Origin: a virus
IMG/VR virus record: IMGVR_UViG_3300028608_000008
Span: 1-64,000 of that record
Length of the DNA stretch: 64,000 nt
Strand: one strand, 5' to 3'
This document shows, in pieces, positions 7,898-17,940 of this stretch. The translations under genes and the position numbers were made by a program. The stretch's first letter is position 1. Each line of letters opens with the position of its first letter. The notes beneath the pieces are model-generated. The model did not search any database, was not told where the DNA came from, and saw only the letters and a program-made list of their open reading frames with translations.

Positions 7898-10800
7898 ATG
7901 TTGATTAAACGTTCTTGGGACGACGAAGTTGCAGAAATGCAGGCGGTCGCCGCCGAGCATTCTGACGACTTCCAACCGGAAGGAAGTGAAGAATTCATTT
8001 CGCTTTCTGCCGCTAGCGATTCCACCAAACAGCTTTCCGCGCTGCGTCCGGTTTCGCTGGACCCGGCTCGCGAAAAAGAATACACCGGTTTCTTCTTCCC
8101 GACCGGTTCCGCCAAAAGTGGCGGCGGTAAAGGCATGCTCATTTCCGTATTTCAGGATATGGCTGACGTTAACAACCGCATCAACGCTTTCTTCGGGTTC
8201 ATGCGTAACCTGCTGATCGACGGGCGAAACATTTTCCGTTTGGAAGACGACCCGGAAGCGCTGAAAGCTCGCGTTGTCGCAATGTACAATCGCGCAATCA
8301 GCGACGATCTGCACGGCACCAACCCGGACAACGACACCCAAACGTTTTTGATGGCGTTCATGGCTGGTCGCATGCACACCGTTGTAGCGTCGGACGTTTT
8401 CAAAAACGGCATTGACGTTTCCATGAGTTGCGGCGCTACCGCTTCCGAAGCCCCGTCGTATATGTTTGGCGCCAACAACCGTTCGGGCCGGAAACTCACC
8501 AACACCAACGTCACCAACCCGTACTACTCGCACCTGCGTTCCGCGCAAGACGAACGCCTGCAAGCGTGGTCTTCGCCGACCTGCTTGAAAGTTTTGAAAG
8601 CGGCAAAAGAAATCGTCGAGTTCCTGTACGGCGATGCCAACATTTCGCACAAAATGCGAAACCGCACTCTGCCGGTAAACACCAAGTTTGAAGAAATCGA
8701 ACTGATCTTCGAACGCGTCGTCGGTATCGAACTGCCGAAAACCATCGTCCGCAACATGACGTTCACCCGTGCTTCGCTTGACCAGTTCATCGCCATCGAC
8801 ATTTTCCGTTTCCCTTCGAAAGAAGTTTTGGAAATCGCGAAAGGCGCTGCTGACACCAGCGTCAACGGTGACACTGCCGATTCTGACGGCCTGATTAACG
8901 CGCAAATCAACGACCCGAACCGCATCGTTCCGGAAGCTGAATTGCTCAACGGTCAAATCCGCATTACTCCTCGTTTCACCTTCGAGGAAGACATTGCGCG
9001 TTTCATCACGCAAGCTCCGGAAAACCGTGCGCCTTCGCTGTACGTTTTGAACAACTGGTTCTCGATTTGGTCGCGCCAATTCCTGCGTACCCGTAGCGGT
9101 CGCAAAAAGGCTGGCGATCACGGCCCATCGAACGCTTCGTTGAAAATGAACGAAATCCCGCGCTACATTCTGCCGGTTTCCTCGGTAACGAATGTGACCG
9201 CTGCCCGTAAATCGGAAGGTCTGGTAACGGAAAACAGCCGTGCAAACGAAGACGGTCTGTATCTCGATCCAAACGGCACCATCAAGTATCGCCCGGACGC
9301 AAAAGTTCGTGACGAACTGAAACTGGCGACCGATTACGAAAACATCTGCGAAGAACTGTTTGCTCTTTGCGGCCGCTACAAAGTAAACAGTTCGTTCTTT
9401 GCTCTCGATCCGGGTCGTGCCAACTTCCCGCAAGTTCCTGACGCAGATTACGAGCGTATGTCGGCGCTGCAAAAACAAGCGGCTGCTTTCACCGGCACAA
9501 TCATTTCGTATGACTGGGACTACGGTATCGCCATTCGCGCTACCAGCCTCGCTGGCGTTCTGGAAACCGAAGTGCAAGTTGGTCAGAAACGCCCTGACAG
9601 TCTGGCAATTGCCGACTATCTTGGTATGAACTTGGCGGACCCGAATTCGCCAAAGCCTGTGCAGAAAGATTTTGCATCGGCAATGTATCTGATGACCACC
9701 AACATCACCACCATCGACGACGTTGCAAAACACGCCGGTAAAAACTTCGGTTCGGAATACGACCCGCGTGCCTTCGCTTCTGCGCCGGGCTCGCCTCTGC
9801 ACGACGTACTGACTTTCTATTTCCAAAACGTGTTTGTGGAAAAGAAATTCATGTCGCTGCAAGAACTGGCCCAACAGGCCATGCGCAATCTTGGCTACGG
9901 TCAAGAACTGCCGGAAAACGGCAAAGACAATCTGCGCATGTACTCCAGTTGGTTCACCAATGACGGCGCGCCAAAACAAACTTACGTTGGCACTCACCTG
10001 CGTTCTATCGAAGCGGTGCTGGCTGCGTTTGGTAACGTACTGAGTGAAGCGGCTGGCGGCACCAGTTCGAATATGTACAACCAGATCATTCAGGAATCGG
10101 GCGGCGGTCGCATCACCCGTACTGAAATGAATCAGCGGATTCAGGAACACGAAGATTACTTCGCTCCGCACATCAGCCCGATGCACGATTTCGGCAAGCT
10201 GTACGGTTACTTCGGCGGTCAGATTCTCAAACTGATCTTCGACGAAATCAACAAACTCGATCCGAAAGATTTGATTGGTGGCAAGCCGGGCCGTCAGTCT
10301 TACGAGGTTCAAAACACTTTCGGTGGAACGCAAACCGTCACTGTCCGTCGCATCACCAACATGGACGTGATGGAAACAATCAAACCGATTGCCGTCATGC
10401 TGGGCAAATACGTTCCGAACAAGGAAACTCTGTTCGAACAAGCTCACGCGCAGATGGAATCCATCGGCAAAAACCCAAGTTTCTCTGCCGACGATTTGAT
10501 CGTTCCGGGTCTGCAAGAAAAACGCGCTGTGTTCCCGCACCAGTTGGATACGCAAGCGTACCTCCGCAAGAAAGAGCCGCCACCGTTTGCAATTCTGGCG
10601 ATTTCTCCGGGCGGCGGTAAAACCGGTATCGGCACCATGGACCTTGCTGCACTGGCCCATGAATTGCTGTCGCTGAATGTTCGCGTGAAACCTTTGGTAA
10701 TCGCGCCGGACAACCTGATTAAAACATGGTGTGACGATATCAAGTATTTCCTCGGGGATACTTGGAACGCGGTGCCAATTTCGACCGCGATCATGGCACG

Positions 10801-13800
10801 TTGGGGCGCTGAGCGTCTGCAAGAAATCATCGACAACGCGCCACCAAACACCATCTTCATCACCGGCATGGCGTTTATGTCCAACGCCCGCCAAAACGTT
10901 GTAATCGGTACTTCGGTTGTTCGTATTTCCGGCCACCAAGAGTTTATCAAACGCTTGGCCCCGAACTACATTCTGATCGACGAATCGCACAAACTGAAAA
11001 ACAACGCTTCGCAGCGCCACAAAATCGTGAAGTCTGTAACCACTGCAACTTTCGTTAAGTGGTTGCGTATTGCGTCCGGTACTCTGATGCCGAACACGCC
11101 TTCCGACTTGGAAGCGCAGGTCAACCTGTACTCGCCGCACATTTTCCGTGCGGGTGAACTGTCGGACCTGAAAACCGAAGACGCCGAAGCTGCGGAAAAG
11201 AAACTGAAACTCGGCGGCGAAACCATTCCGACTTGGCAGGCTGGTACTCCAAGCCGCGCGCGTGAAAAGCTGGGCCGTTACGGCGCTGTGATTTACAAAA
11301 AGCGTAAGGAATGGGCGTGGATGTTGCCATCGCCAATCGAAAGTTTCCACGGTATCCCGCTGGTTGACGACAATGCCGAAGGGCAGGAACGCGCCGACCA
11401 AGAACTGCACGAACAGCTTTACGCTACCGTGTTGGATATCACCGAAAAGGCGATCAAAGAACTTTTCGACGCCGCAAAATCTGTTCACTCGCAACGCGCA
11501 AGTGCTGGCGATGACGACGATGAAAAGATGGACGAAAACACCAGTACCGATTCCCGTGTGGATGACGTTGCTGATGGTCTGCCAGAAGGCGTGGACGCCG
11601 AAGCGTTCAAAGAGTACATGGCGCGTTTCGAGCGTTTGATTATCGCTCCGGAATACGACCCGCTCTACAAAAACATTTTCGGCGAAGGCAAACGTTACGT
11701 TAGCCGAAAAGCGAAATACATTGCCAAACTGATTGAACGCCACTTCAATCCGCCGACTTGGACCAGCGAAGGCGTAATGCCGACGTATGACGCGGAAGGC
11801 AAACCGACTACTCGCCATTACAACGAGTACGATTTGGTGCAGTTCAAAGGCGACTGGTGGCTGGCGCGGAAATTCGATTCTTCGACCGACAAGCTTCTGC
11901 CTCTGCCGGACGAAACCATCGGTATTCCGCCGGACAAAAACCCGGACGTGTGGAAAAAGGAACCACTCGGCAAAGTAATCGTCATCACCCGTTACACGCA
12001 TTCGGCGCAGGCTGTTTTCGATGCGCTGTCTCCGGAATACCAAAAGCAGGCCACTGTCTTCACCGGCAAAAACGGCAACAAGTGGAAAGGTTTCGAAGAA
12101 TTCAAAACCGATCCGCGCCGCACCATCCTGATCGCCAACGAACAGGGTATGTCGGAAGGTCACAACTTGCAAATGGCTTCCCGCATTATCCGTGCGGAAT
12201 CGCCATGGGGTCCGGGTGAACTGGATCAAACCAGTGCGCGTATTTTCCGTCCTGATCCGAAAGGCGCAGAAGAAGGCGAACTGTACCGGGATATCATTTA
12301 TCTCGACTGGGTACTGGCCGACAACACAATGGAAGTTGCCAAACAGGCACGCGTTATTTCCAAAGTGTTTGCGACGACCCGCGTTGAGGAAAGTGAAAAC
12401 GAACTTTACGCTCCAGTGTTCAAGCGTTTCGTGGTTCCAACTCACGAAGATATGCCGGAACTGGGCATGGGTGTCGAGGCGCTGCGTAACCGCTCGCGTC
12501 TGAGCGACGAACCGTACCGCACCATGCGTCGTGCTTATGGCGCGTTGAATGGCGTGGAACGGAAAGAGTTTAACGAAATGCGCGTCAACGGCGAAGCCGG
12601 TTTGATTCCGATTGCGGCCCAACCGTCGCTGCCGGATGCGAAAAAGATTCGCGTTCCGTTCGTTGCCAACCAAGACATTCCTGACCCGAATGGCTGGAAA
12701 CCGCAAACCATCGAGAAGCTGATTTCTTCTAGCGAAGAAGTTCGCAACGATCCAAACAAAGGACTCGTTGGTCTGCCGGTAATCACCGACTTCGGTACTG
12801 GTCGAATCGTTTCGTGCCGTCTGCGAAACAATCCGGACAGCCCGGTTTCCTCGGTGAAAGTGAAGTTCAAAAACCCGCCGCCCGGTGTCAGTGCGGTAAT
12901 GACTTTCGACGTGCTCGGTGCGGTATACACTCCGACCAAACAAGTATCGTCGTTGGACTGGGACGAAAACTTCGAAGTGTCGCTGAACTACCGCGATGCC
13001 GACCTCAAGAAAGAAGCGCAACTCGACAAGAAATTGCGTGAGCAGGAAGAAGCGGCCGAAAAAGAACGCAAGGCAAAAGCGAAGCGCGAAGAAAACGAAG
13101 CCAATACTCGCATTCGTGCGAAGGTGGCTGGCGACAAGCGCAAAGAAAACATCAAGGAAGGCAAGCCGCTCAACCAAGGCGTTACGTTTGATCCGAACGT
13201 TGACAAGAAAATCAAAACCGGCGTCATCCCGAACTTCAAAGGTGACACTTCGGTTTCGGTTCACCCGGCGTTCAACCACGGGTATCTCACGCTGGAAGGC
13301 GAGTTCGAAGGGCCAGAAGTAAACCTGAAAAAACTCGGCTTCAAATTCAGCGGCGAGTACGTCTTCATCACCGTGAAGCGTTACAACAATCTGGCGGCGA
13401 TCTTCGATTACCTCGAAGAACATTTCGAATTGTCGAAAGCAACCGAGCAGCGCCTGAATGACGTTCAAGACGCATTCGAAGCGGGCAAACGTGGCCTGTA
13501 CAATTTGGAACTGGTTTCGCCAGCGACCATGCCGATGTTCTTTGCCACTCGCAAGAAAATCGTTACCAACCGGAAAGAAGTTCGGGTTTACCCAATCTTC
13601 ATGGCTGACGAATTGATGCTCGCCGTCGATTTGGCTACCAGCCCGGCGATTCGCAAACACATCGGTAAAGCTGTTCCGGGTGCTGCGGCGAAATGGCAAT
13701 TGAGCGACGGTCACTGGTTCTTCTTCGCTGACGGTAAAACGCAAGTGAAGGAAAAGATTGCCGAAATCAAACGCAATGGTTACACCATCACGAACGAGAA

Positions 13801-13864
13801 AGAGGCCGCGAAGGAACTGGCCGAAATCAAGTTCCGCAAAGCTCGCGCACCGAAAGAGAAATGA
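7898..13864 (+). CDS. Giant SWI2/SNF2-family (SF2) ATPase/helicase, 1988 aa
   Basis: Walker A ISPGGGKT (10601), DESH box (10979), SGT motif III, EGHNLQ motif V, LDQTSARIFR motif VI; long uncharacterised N- and C-terminal regions. Confidence 0.85.
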   Translation: MLIKRSWDDEVAEMQAVAAEHSDDFQPEGSEEFISLSAASDSTKQLSALRPVSLDPAREKEYTGFFFPTGSAKSGGGKGMLISVFQDMADVNNRINAFFGFMRNLLIDGRNIFRLEDDPEALKARVVAMYNRAISDDLHGTNPDNDTQTFLMAFMAGRMHTVVASDVFKNGIDVSMSCGATASEAPSYMFGANNRSGRKLTNTNVTNPYYSHLRSAQDERLQAWSSPTCLKVLKAAKEIVEFLYGDANISHKMRNRTLPVNTKFEEIELIFERVVGIELPKTIVRNMTFTRASLDQFIAIDIFRFPSKEVLEIAKGAADTSVNGDTADSDGLINAQINDPNRIVPEAELLNGQIRITPRFTFEEDIARFITQAPENRAPSLYVLNNWFSIWSRQFLRTRSGRKKAGDHGPSNASLKMNEIPRYILPVSSVTNVTAARKSEGLVTENSRANEDGLYLDPNGTIKYRPDAKVRDELKLATDYENICEELFALCGRYKVNSSFFALDPGRANFPQVPDADYERMSALQKQAAAFTGTIISYDWDYGIAIRATSLAGVLETEVQVGQKRPDSLAIADYLGMNLADPNSPKPVQKDFASAMYLMTTNITTIDDVAKHAGKNFGSEYDPRAFASAPGSPLHDVLTFYFQNVFVEKKFMSLQELAQQAMRNLGYGQELPENGKDNLRMYSSWFTNDGAPKQTYVGTHLRSIEAVLAAFGNVLSEAAGGTSSNMYNQIIQESGGGRITRTEMNQRIQEHEDYFAPHISPMHDFGKLYGYFGGQILKLIFDEINKLDPKDLIGGKPGRQSYEVQNTFGGTQTVTVRRITNMDVMETIKPIAVMLGKYVPNKETLFEQAHAQMESIGKNPSFSADDLIVPGLQEKRAVFPHQLDTQAYLRKKEPPPFAILAISPGGGKTGIGTMDLAALAHELLSLNVRVKPLVIAPDNLIKTWCDDIKYFLGDTWNAVPISTAIMARWGAERLQEIIDNAPPNTIFITGMAFMSNARQNVVIGTSVVRISGHQEFIKRLAPNYILIDESHKLKNNASQRHKIVKSVTTATFVKWLRIASGTLMPNTPSDLEAQVNLYSPHIFRAGELSDLKTEDAEAAEKKLKLGGETIPTWQAGTPSRAREKLGRYGAVIYKKRKEWAWMLPSPIESFHGIPLVDDNAEGQERADQELHEQLYATVLDITEKAIKELFDAAKSVHSQRASAGDDDDEKMDENTSTDSRVDDVADGLPEGVDAEAFKEYMARFERLIIAPEYDPLYKNIFGEGKRYVSRKAKYIAKLIERHFNPPTWTSEGVMPTYDAEGKPTTRHYNEYDLVQFKGDWWLARKFDSSTDKLLPLPDETIGIPPDKNPDVWKKEPLGKVIVITRYTHSAQAVFDALSPEYQKQATVFTGKNGNKWKGFEEFKTDPRRTILIANEQGMSEGHNLQMASRIIRAESPWGPGELDQTSARIFRPDPKGAEEGELYRDIIYLDWVLADNTMEVAKQARVISKVFATTRVEESENELYAPVFKRFVVPTHEDMPELGMGVEALRNRSRLSDEPYRTMRRAYGALNGVERKEFNEMRVNGEAGLIPIAAQPSLPDAKKIRVPFVANQDIPDPNGWKPQTIEKLISSSEEVRNDPNKGLVGLPVITDFGTGRIVSCRLRNNPDSPVSSVKVKFKNPPPGVSAVMTFDVLGAVYTPTKQVSSLDWDENFEVSLNYRDADLKKEAQLDKKLREQEEAAEKERKAKAKREENEANTRIRAKVAGDKRKENIKEGKPLNQGVTFDPNVDKKIKTGVIPNFKGDTSVSVHPAFNHGYLTLEGEFEGPEVNLKKLGFKFSGEYVFITVKRYNNLAAIFDYLEEHFELSKATEQRLNDVQDAFEAGKRGLYNLELVSPATMPMFFATRKKIVTNRKEVRVYPIFMADELMLAVDLATSPAIRKHIGKAVPGAAAKWQLSDGHWFFFADGKTQVKEKIAEIKRNGYTITNEKEAAKELAEIKFRKARAPKEK

Positions 13865-13869
13865 TGCAA

Positions 13870-13887
13870 TGGGCCAAGGACGGCCCA
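13870..13887 (+). other. Intergenic hairpin
   Basis: TGGGCC-AAGGAC-GGCCCA without a clear U-tract. Confidence 0.45.
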
Positions 13888-13906
13888 CTTCATTCGGGAG
13901 AACAAT

Positions 13907-14314
13907 ATGCAATACAGCAAAATGGAACTGCAAGCGCAGCAAGTTGTGCTCGCATATCTCGGGTTTTACAAAGGGCCAATCGACGGCATCTGGTCGGGCG
14001 ACTCGATCAGTGCAAAACGTCGTTTCGAATGTGACGATTTGTTCATTCCTGCGGCGCCGTCGAACGGTCTTCCCTTCCAACACAAATGCAAACTGCCAAA
14101 AGGTTTGCTGTGGGACAAGGACGGTTTGCTGGGCCATCGCGGCCTGACTACCGAAAAGGCTACGGAAATCATGAACACGCAACAGAAGAAAACTGCTGCG
14201 CCATTGACCCAAAAGCCGCAAGGTAAAGAGCAGCCGCAAGGTAAAGAACAGCCGAAAGTGGAAACACAGAAAGCTGTTGCGGAAACCGAGGTGCGGGAAA
14301 ATGAGGCGGAGTGA
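13907..14314 (+). CDS. Peptidoglycan-binding (PG_binding_1-like) domain protein
   Basis: QVVLAYLGFYKGPIDGIWSGDSISA matches the Q..L..LG+Y.G.IDG.+G..T pattern; QPQGKE repeat in tail; no catalytic domain seen. Confidence 0.7.
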   Translation: MQYSKMELQAQQVVLAYLGFYKGPIDGIWSGDSISAKRRFECDDLFIPAAPSNGLPFQHKCKLPKGLLWDKDGLLGHRGLTTEKATEIMNTQQKKTAAPLTQKPQGKEQPQGKEQPKVETQKAVAETEVRENEAE

Positions 14315-14798
14315 GGTTTCACTTCATTACGCCGAATTCAAGAATAAGCAAAACGGTTTGACCTACCGCTTGCTTGCCTCGAACCTGCCAAACTTGATTC
14401 CCGGCCATGTGAGTTCGGATGCCTTCGGGTTTTTCGGATTGGGATCAGGTGAGTTTGATACGGCCCGCATCGTGAAGTTGCCAATGGTCAAGGCAATCGA
14501 ACCCGACATTGATTTCATGAGTGCGCTTTTGTACTGGCGCCAGAAACCGGAATTCGTTGGGTTCATCGACGCAAGGCCAGAGCACAATCCATTGATCTTA
14601 TTGGACGGCGACGAAACAGCGTTTGCCGACCTGCCGATCAACTGGCAAGTGTACACACAACTTGGCGATTACGACAACGCGCTGGAAACTCTCGGTGCGT
14701 TTTCGCGAATTCACGCGGCGTACCCGAAGCATGAGCAGCATCGCATTCGCTGCGCTCGCTTTCGGGATTACGTCAAGCTGAACAAACCAAGGTACTGA
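14301..14798 (+). CDS. Hypothetical protein
   Basis: ORF track 14277..14798; ATG at 14301 behind GAGGTG. Confidence 0.65.
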   Translation: MRRSEVSLHYAEFKNKQNGLTYRLLASNLPNLIPGHVSSDAFGFFGLGSGEFDTARIVKLPMVKAIEPDIDFMSALLYWRQKPEFVGFIDARPEHNPLILLDGDETAFADLPINWQVYTQLGDYDNALETLGAFSRIHAAYPKHEQHRIRCARFRDYVKLNKPRY

Positions 14799-14805
14799 GT
14801 CGAAC

Positions 14806-14833
14806 AAGGGGAGCCATTACGGTTCCCCTTTTT
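14806..14833 (+). terminator. Intrinsic terminator
   Basis: AAGGGGAGCC-ATTAC-GGTTCCCCTT followed by TTT. Confidence 0.8.
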
Positions 14834-14898
14834 CGTTTCTGGCCCCTTTCGGAAAACTGTAAAACTCGATTGATATCTCAACCCCCGGTGGATATGTC

Positions 14899-17800
14899 AT
14901 GCAGTATCAACACGTTCCGTTTTCTGATTTTCGCTACAGCAAGGCAGTGCGCGCCCACGAGTTTACTGATTTCAGTTACGTGGAACTCGCGAAGCACCGC
15001 GTCAAGAAAGCTCCAAAGATTCTTTTCGTTCTCGACTACACCCCGCGTGAATCCCTGCGCAGCGCCCAACTTCTGAAAGGTCCAACCGGCGAACTGCTGG
15101 CAAACATCATGGAAGTGGCGACCGATGTTTACGGCGCGCCAGAAATCGAAGACCGCGATTGGTTGGCAATCTCTTACCACTCGCTGAAAACGCAAGGTAT
15201 GTCTGACTCCTTCAAAGAGGAAGCGCACCGTGATTTCAAAAAGCGTTTGCAGTATGTCATCACGCAATACAAACCGGAAGTCGTGGTCACGTTTGGCCCC
15301 GATCCGTACAAGGCGCTGAATGGTGAATTCCTTGATAAGTACAAAGGCAAGGACGGCGTTCAGTATCAGCATTTTTATGGCGTGCCGATTGAAACCACGG
15401 TCACGCACAAAGACGCAACGCACAAGTTTCAACACGTTCCAACGGTCAGCCTGCACACGCTGTTGACCGGCGACGATAAAGGTGGCTCGCTCGCAATCAT
15501 CGGCTATGCCGGTCGGAATATGACCACGGCTCTCAACCGTGGCAAACTCATGTACGAGATTCCGAAACTCGATTACAAAATCGAAATGGTTGACACGATC
15601 AAGAAATTCAACGCCATGTACAAAGACATTTGTGCGGCGAAGGTCGTGGCAATCGACTCGGAAACCAAAAACCTTTACAAGCGGATGAACCAAACGCTGA
15701 CGTGGCAGTTCAGCACAAACGCAAACCACGCGTACATCCTGCCGTTCTTGCATAAAGACTCACCGTTCCTTCCGGACGAAATCGAGTACATCAAGAAAAA
15801 GCTTCGCCTGTATTTCGAGCGAACCAACAAAAACAAAATCCAGATTTACGCCAACGCCGCGTTCGACTTGAACTGCGCCCGGCGTGACTTGGGTGTTCGG
15901 TATTTCAAATCCCCAGTGTGGGACGTTTTCGCAGGCGAGTTTGCCATTGACGAAAACATGAAATTCCTTCAATCGGTTACTGGTAAAAACTACTATAGCC
16001 TTTTGAACATCACCATGCAGTACGGCTGCCGCGCCTATTACGAATCCGATTTCGGAAAGGAAAAGCGCGCAACCATTGTGGACCAAGACCTCGAAGGGCC
16101 TGTGCTAACGTACATGGCCCTAGACGTGGTTCTACTGCACCACATCCGCAAACTGCAAATACGCAAAGCGAAAGATTTCGGGTACGAAAAATACCAATCC
16201 ATCGTTGGCGAGCAGCTTTCGGACCTTGTGCATTCGCTGGGCAACCTTGAATACAATGGCGCGTACATCGACATTGACTGGTTGTTCAAACTGAAATCGC
16301 AAGACAGCCCAATCGTTTCCGAACGGGCGAAGGTAATCAAAGCGCTCAACGCGACGAAGGGCGTACAGAAAACCAATCAGTTGTTGATTAAGGAATCGGG
16401 CGCGCCAGCCGTTGGGTTGTTTGGTCGCGTCAATCTGCAAATCTTCAACATCCGAAAAGAGGAACACAAGCAGAAGCTGTTCTTTGAAGTGCTCGGCCTC
16501 AAACCGATCTTCATGAAAAAGGATGGCACCGGGAAGATCGACAAAGACTTCCAAGAGAAATACAAAGACGTTGAGGAAGTGAAGCTCTATAACGAGCTGA
16601 CCAAACTCAACAAGCTGTACAACGCATATGTGAAATCGTTTATTCGCCAGTGGGGCGACGATGCCGATATGCGGTTCGATACTCGAATCCGGCCACGCTT
16701 CGGTTATCTGGATGTTGTGACCGGTCGAACCAGTGCGAAAAAGCCCAGCCTGCAACAGATTCCGTCGCGTGGCGAAATGGGCAAAAACATCAAACGTCTT
16801 TTCGTTTCGGAGAAAGGCCGACTCATTATTAAGGTGGACTACGCGGCTCACGAAGTCCGTGGTTGGTCCTTGATTTCGGGCGACCTTGGCGTTGCAGAAG
16901 CGTTCCGTGTTGGTCTGGACCTGCGTGAGAAATTCAAAATCAAACCGACGCCAGAACTCGGTGCTGAAATTGAATTGAAGGGCGACGTTCACAAGATCAA
17001 TGCCGCTTACTTCTTCCGGATGAAAATCGAAGACGTAGACAAGCCGAAACGTAACAGCGTTAAGCAGGTAATCTTCGGTTTGATTTACCAGCAATCGGCA
17101 AAAGGTACTGCGAAGTCGATCAAGGCAACGGTCGAGGAAGTTGAAGACCTGACCAAAAAGTTCTTCAAACGCTTCCCGGTTGGTGCGGGCTGGTTTGATC
17201 TTATCAAACAGAAAGCGCGTCAAAACCTGTTTGTGGAATCGCCGCTCGGTCGCCGCCGTAACCTGTGGGGCTTGCTGGTTCCGAAGTCGCACGAAAAGCA
17301 CGACCCGATCTTTGCGCGTAACGAACGTCAATCTGTAAACTCCCCTGTACAGGGCATGGGTTCGGACTTCATGATGATCGGTGCCCGAAACATCGAACGC
17401 TTGAAGTATGAGCATTACGAGGAACACGGCCACTATCCTGATTTCTATCAGGCGAACTCGGTTCACGACTCCCTTGAATTCAGTTGTGCCTACGCTGACT
17501 TCTGGATCGCGATTCGAATCATCGAGCAAGGTCTGACTCACGAAGTGGCGAAGGTCGTTAAAGAGCGTCACGATTTCGAATTCACCATTCCGTTGGAAAT
17601 CGACTTCGATATCGGGGCCAACCTGCGCGACTGCGACGGTTGGAACTACGCGCTTACCGGCAAGTACCCGCAGAAAGACAAAGAAAGTCTCGACACCCTT
17701 TTGGAAGTTGCTCTGAATTCTCAGATCGAAGATTTGGGTTACAAGATCAACAAGAAAGAAGTGCTCAAGCTGATCCACTCCGGGTTCGAAGAACACGCTC

Positions 17801-17940
17801 CCGAATGGGCACGCAAACAGAAGCGCTATCTGGAAAAGAAAGGGGCCACCAACGTCCTAAGCTTCAAGAAAGCGAAGGAAGAAAAAGAAGCCAAGAAGAC
17901 GAAGAAGAAAAAGTCTTCGAAACTGAAAAAGGCGGCGTAA
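14899..17940 (+). CDS. polA: Family A DNA polymerase with N-terminal UDG-like domain and 3'-5' exonuclease
   Basis: ExoI AIDSET, ExoII ANAAFD, ExoIII YMALD; Pol motifs A KVDYAAHEVR, B KQVIFGLIY, C VHDS; first ~230 aa resemble the UDG-family 4 fold (KPEVVVTFG). Confidence 0.9.
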   Translation: MQYQHVPFSDFRYSKAVRAHEFTDFSYVELAKHRVKKAPKILFVLDYTPRESLRSAQLLKGPTGELLANIMEVATDVYGAPEIEDRDWLAISYHSLKTQGMSDSFKEEAHRDFKKRLQYVITQYKPEVVVTFGPDPYKALNGEFLDKYKGKDGVQYQHFYGVPIETTVTHKDATHKFQHVPTVSLHTLLTGDDKGGSLAIIGYAGRNMTTALNRGKLMYEIPKLDYKIEMVDTIKKFNAMYKDICAAKVVAIDSETKNLYKRMNQTLTWQFSTNANHAYILPFLHKDSPFLPDEIEYIKKKLRLYFERTNKNKIQIYANAAFDLNCARRDLGVRYFKSPVWDVFAGEFAIDENMKFLQSVTGKNYYSLLNITMQYGCRAYYESDFGKEKRATIVDQDLEGPVLTYMALDVVLLHHIRKLQIRKAKDFGYEKYQSIVGEQLSDLVHSLGNLEYNGAYIDIDWLFKLKSQDSPIVSERAKVIKALNATKGVQKTNQLLIKESGAPAVGLFGRVNLQIFNIRKEEHKQKLFFEVLGLKPIFMKKDGTGKIDKDFQEKYKDVEEVKLYNELTKLNKLYNAYVKSFIRQWGDDADMRFDTRIRPRFGYLDVVTGRTSAKKPSLQQIPSRGEMGKNIKRLFVSEKGRLIIKVDYAAHEVRGWSLISGDLGVAEAFRVGLDLREKFKIKPTPELGAEIELKGDVHKINAAYFFRMKIEDVDKPKRNSVKQVIFGLIYQQSAKGTAKSIKATVEEVEDLTKKFFKRFPVGAGWFDLIKQKARQNLFVESPLGRRRNLWGLLVPKSHEKHDPIFARNERQSVNSPVQGMGSDFMMIGARNIERLKYEHYEEHGHYPDFYQANSVHDSLEFSCAYADFWIAIRIIEQGLTHEVAKVVKERHDFEFTIPLEIDFDIGANLRDCDGWNYALTGKYPQKDKESLDTLLEVALNSQIEDLGYKINKKEVLKLIHSGFEEHAPEWARKQKRYLEKKGATNVLSFKKAKEEKEAKKTKKKKSSKLKKAA

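Noticed and set aside
7778-14239. 2153-aa minus-strand ORF (and others of 600-900 aa at 27106, 30302, 33283, 50244, 54819, 60055)
   Set aside because: The one checked (7778) is codon-in-register antisense to the real genes; sense codons TTA/CTA/TCA are rare here, which removes antisense stops. Translations are motif-free and Phe/Val/Arg-rich, and no minus-strand RBS/operon logic is evident.
14856-14868. TGTAAAAC as promoter upstream of polA
   Set aside because: Other copies (3787, 4768, 7037) are inside genes or at a stop codon; no enrichment evident.
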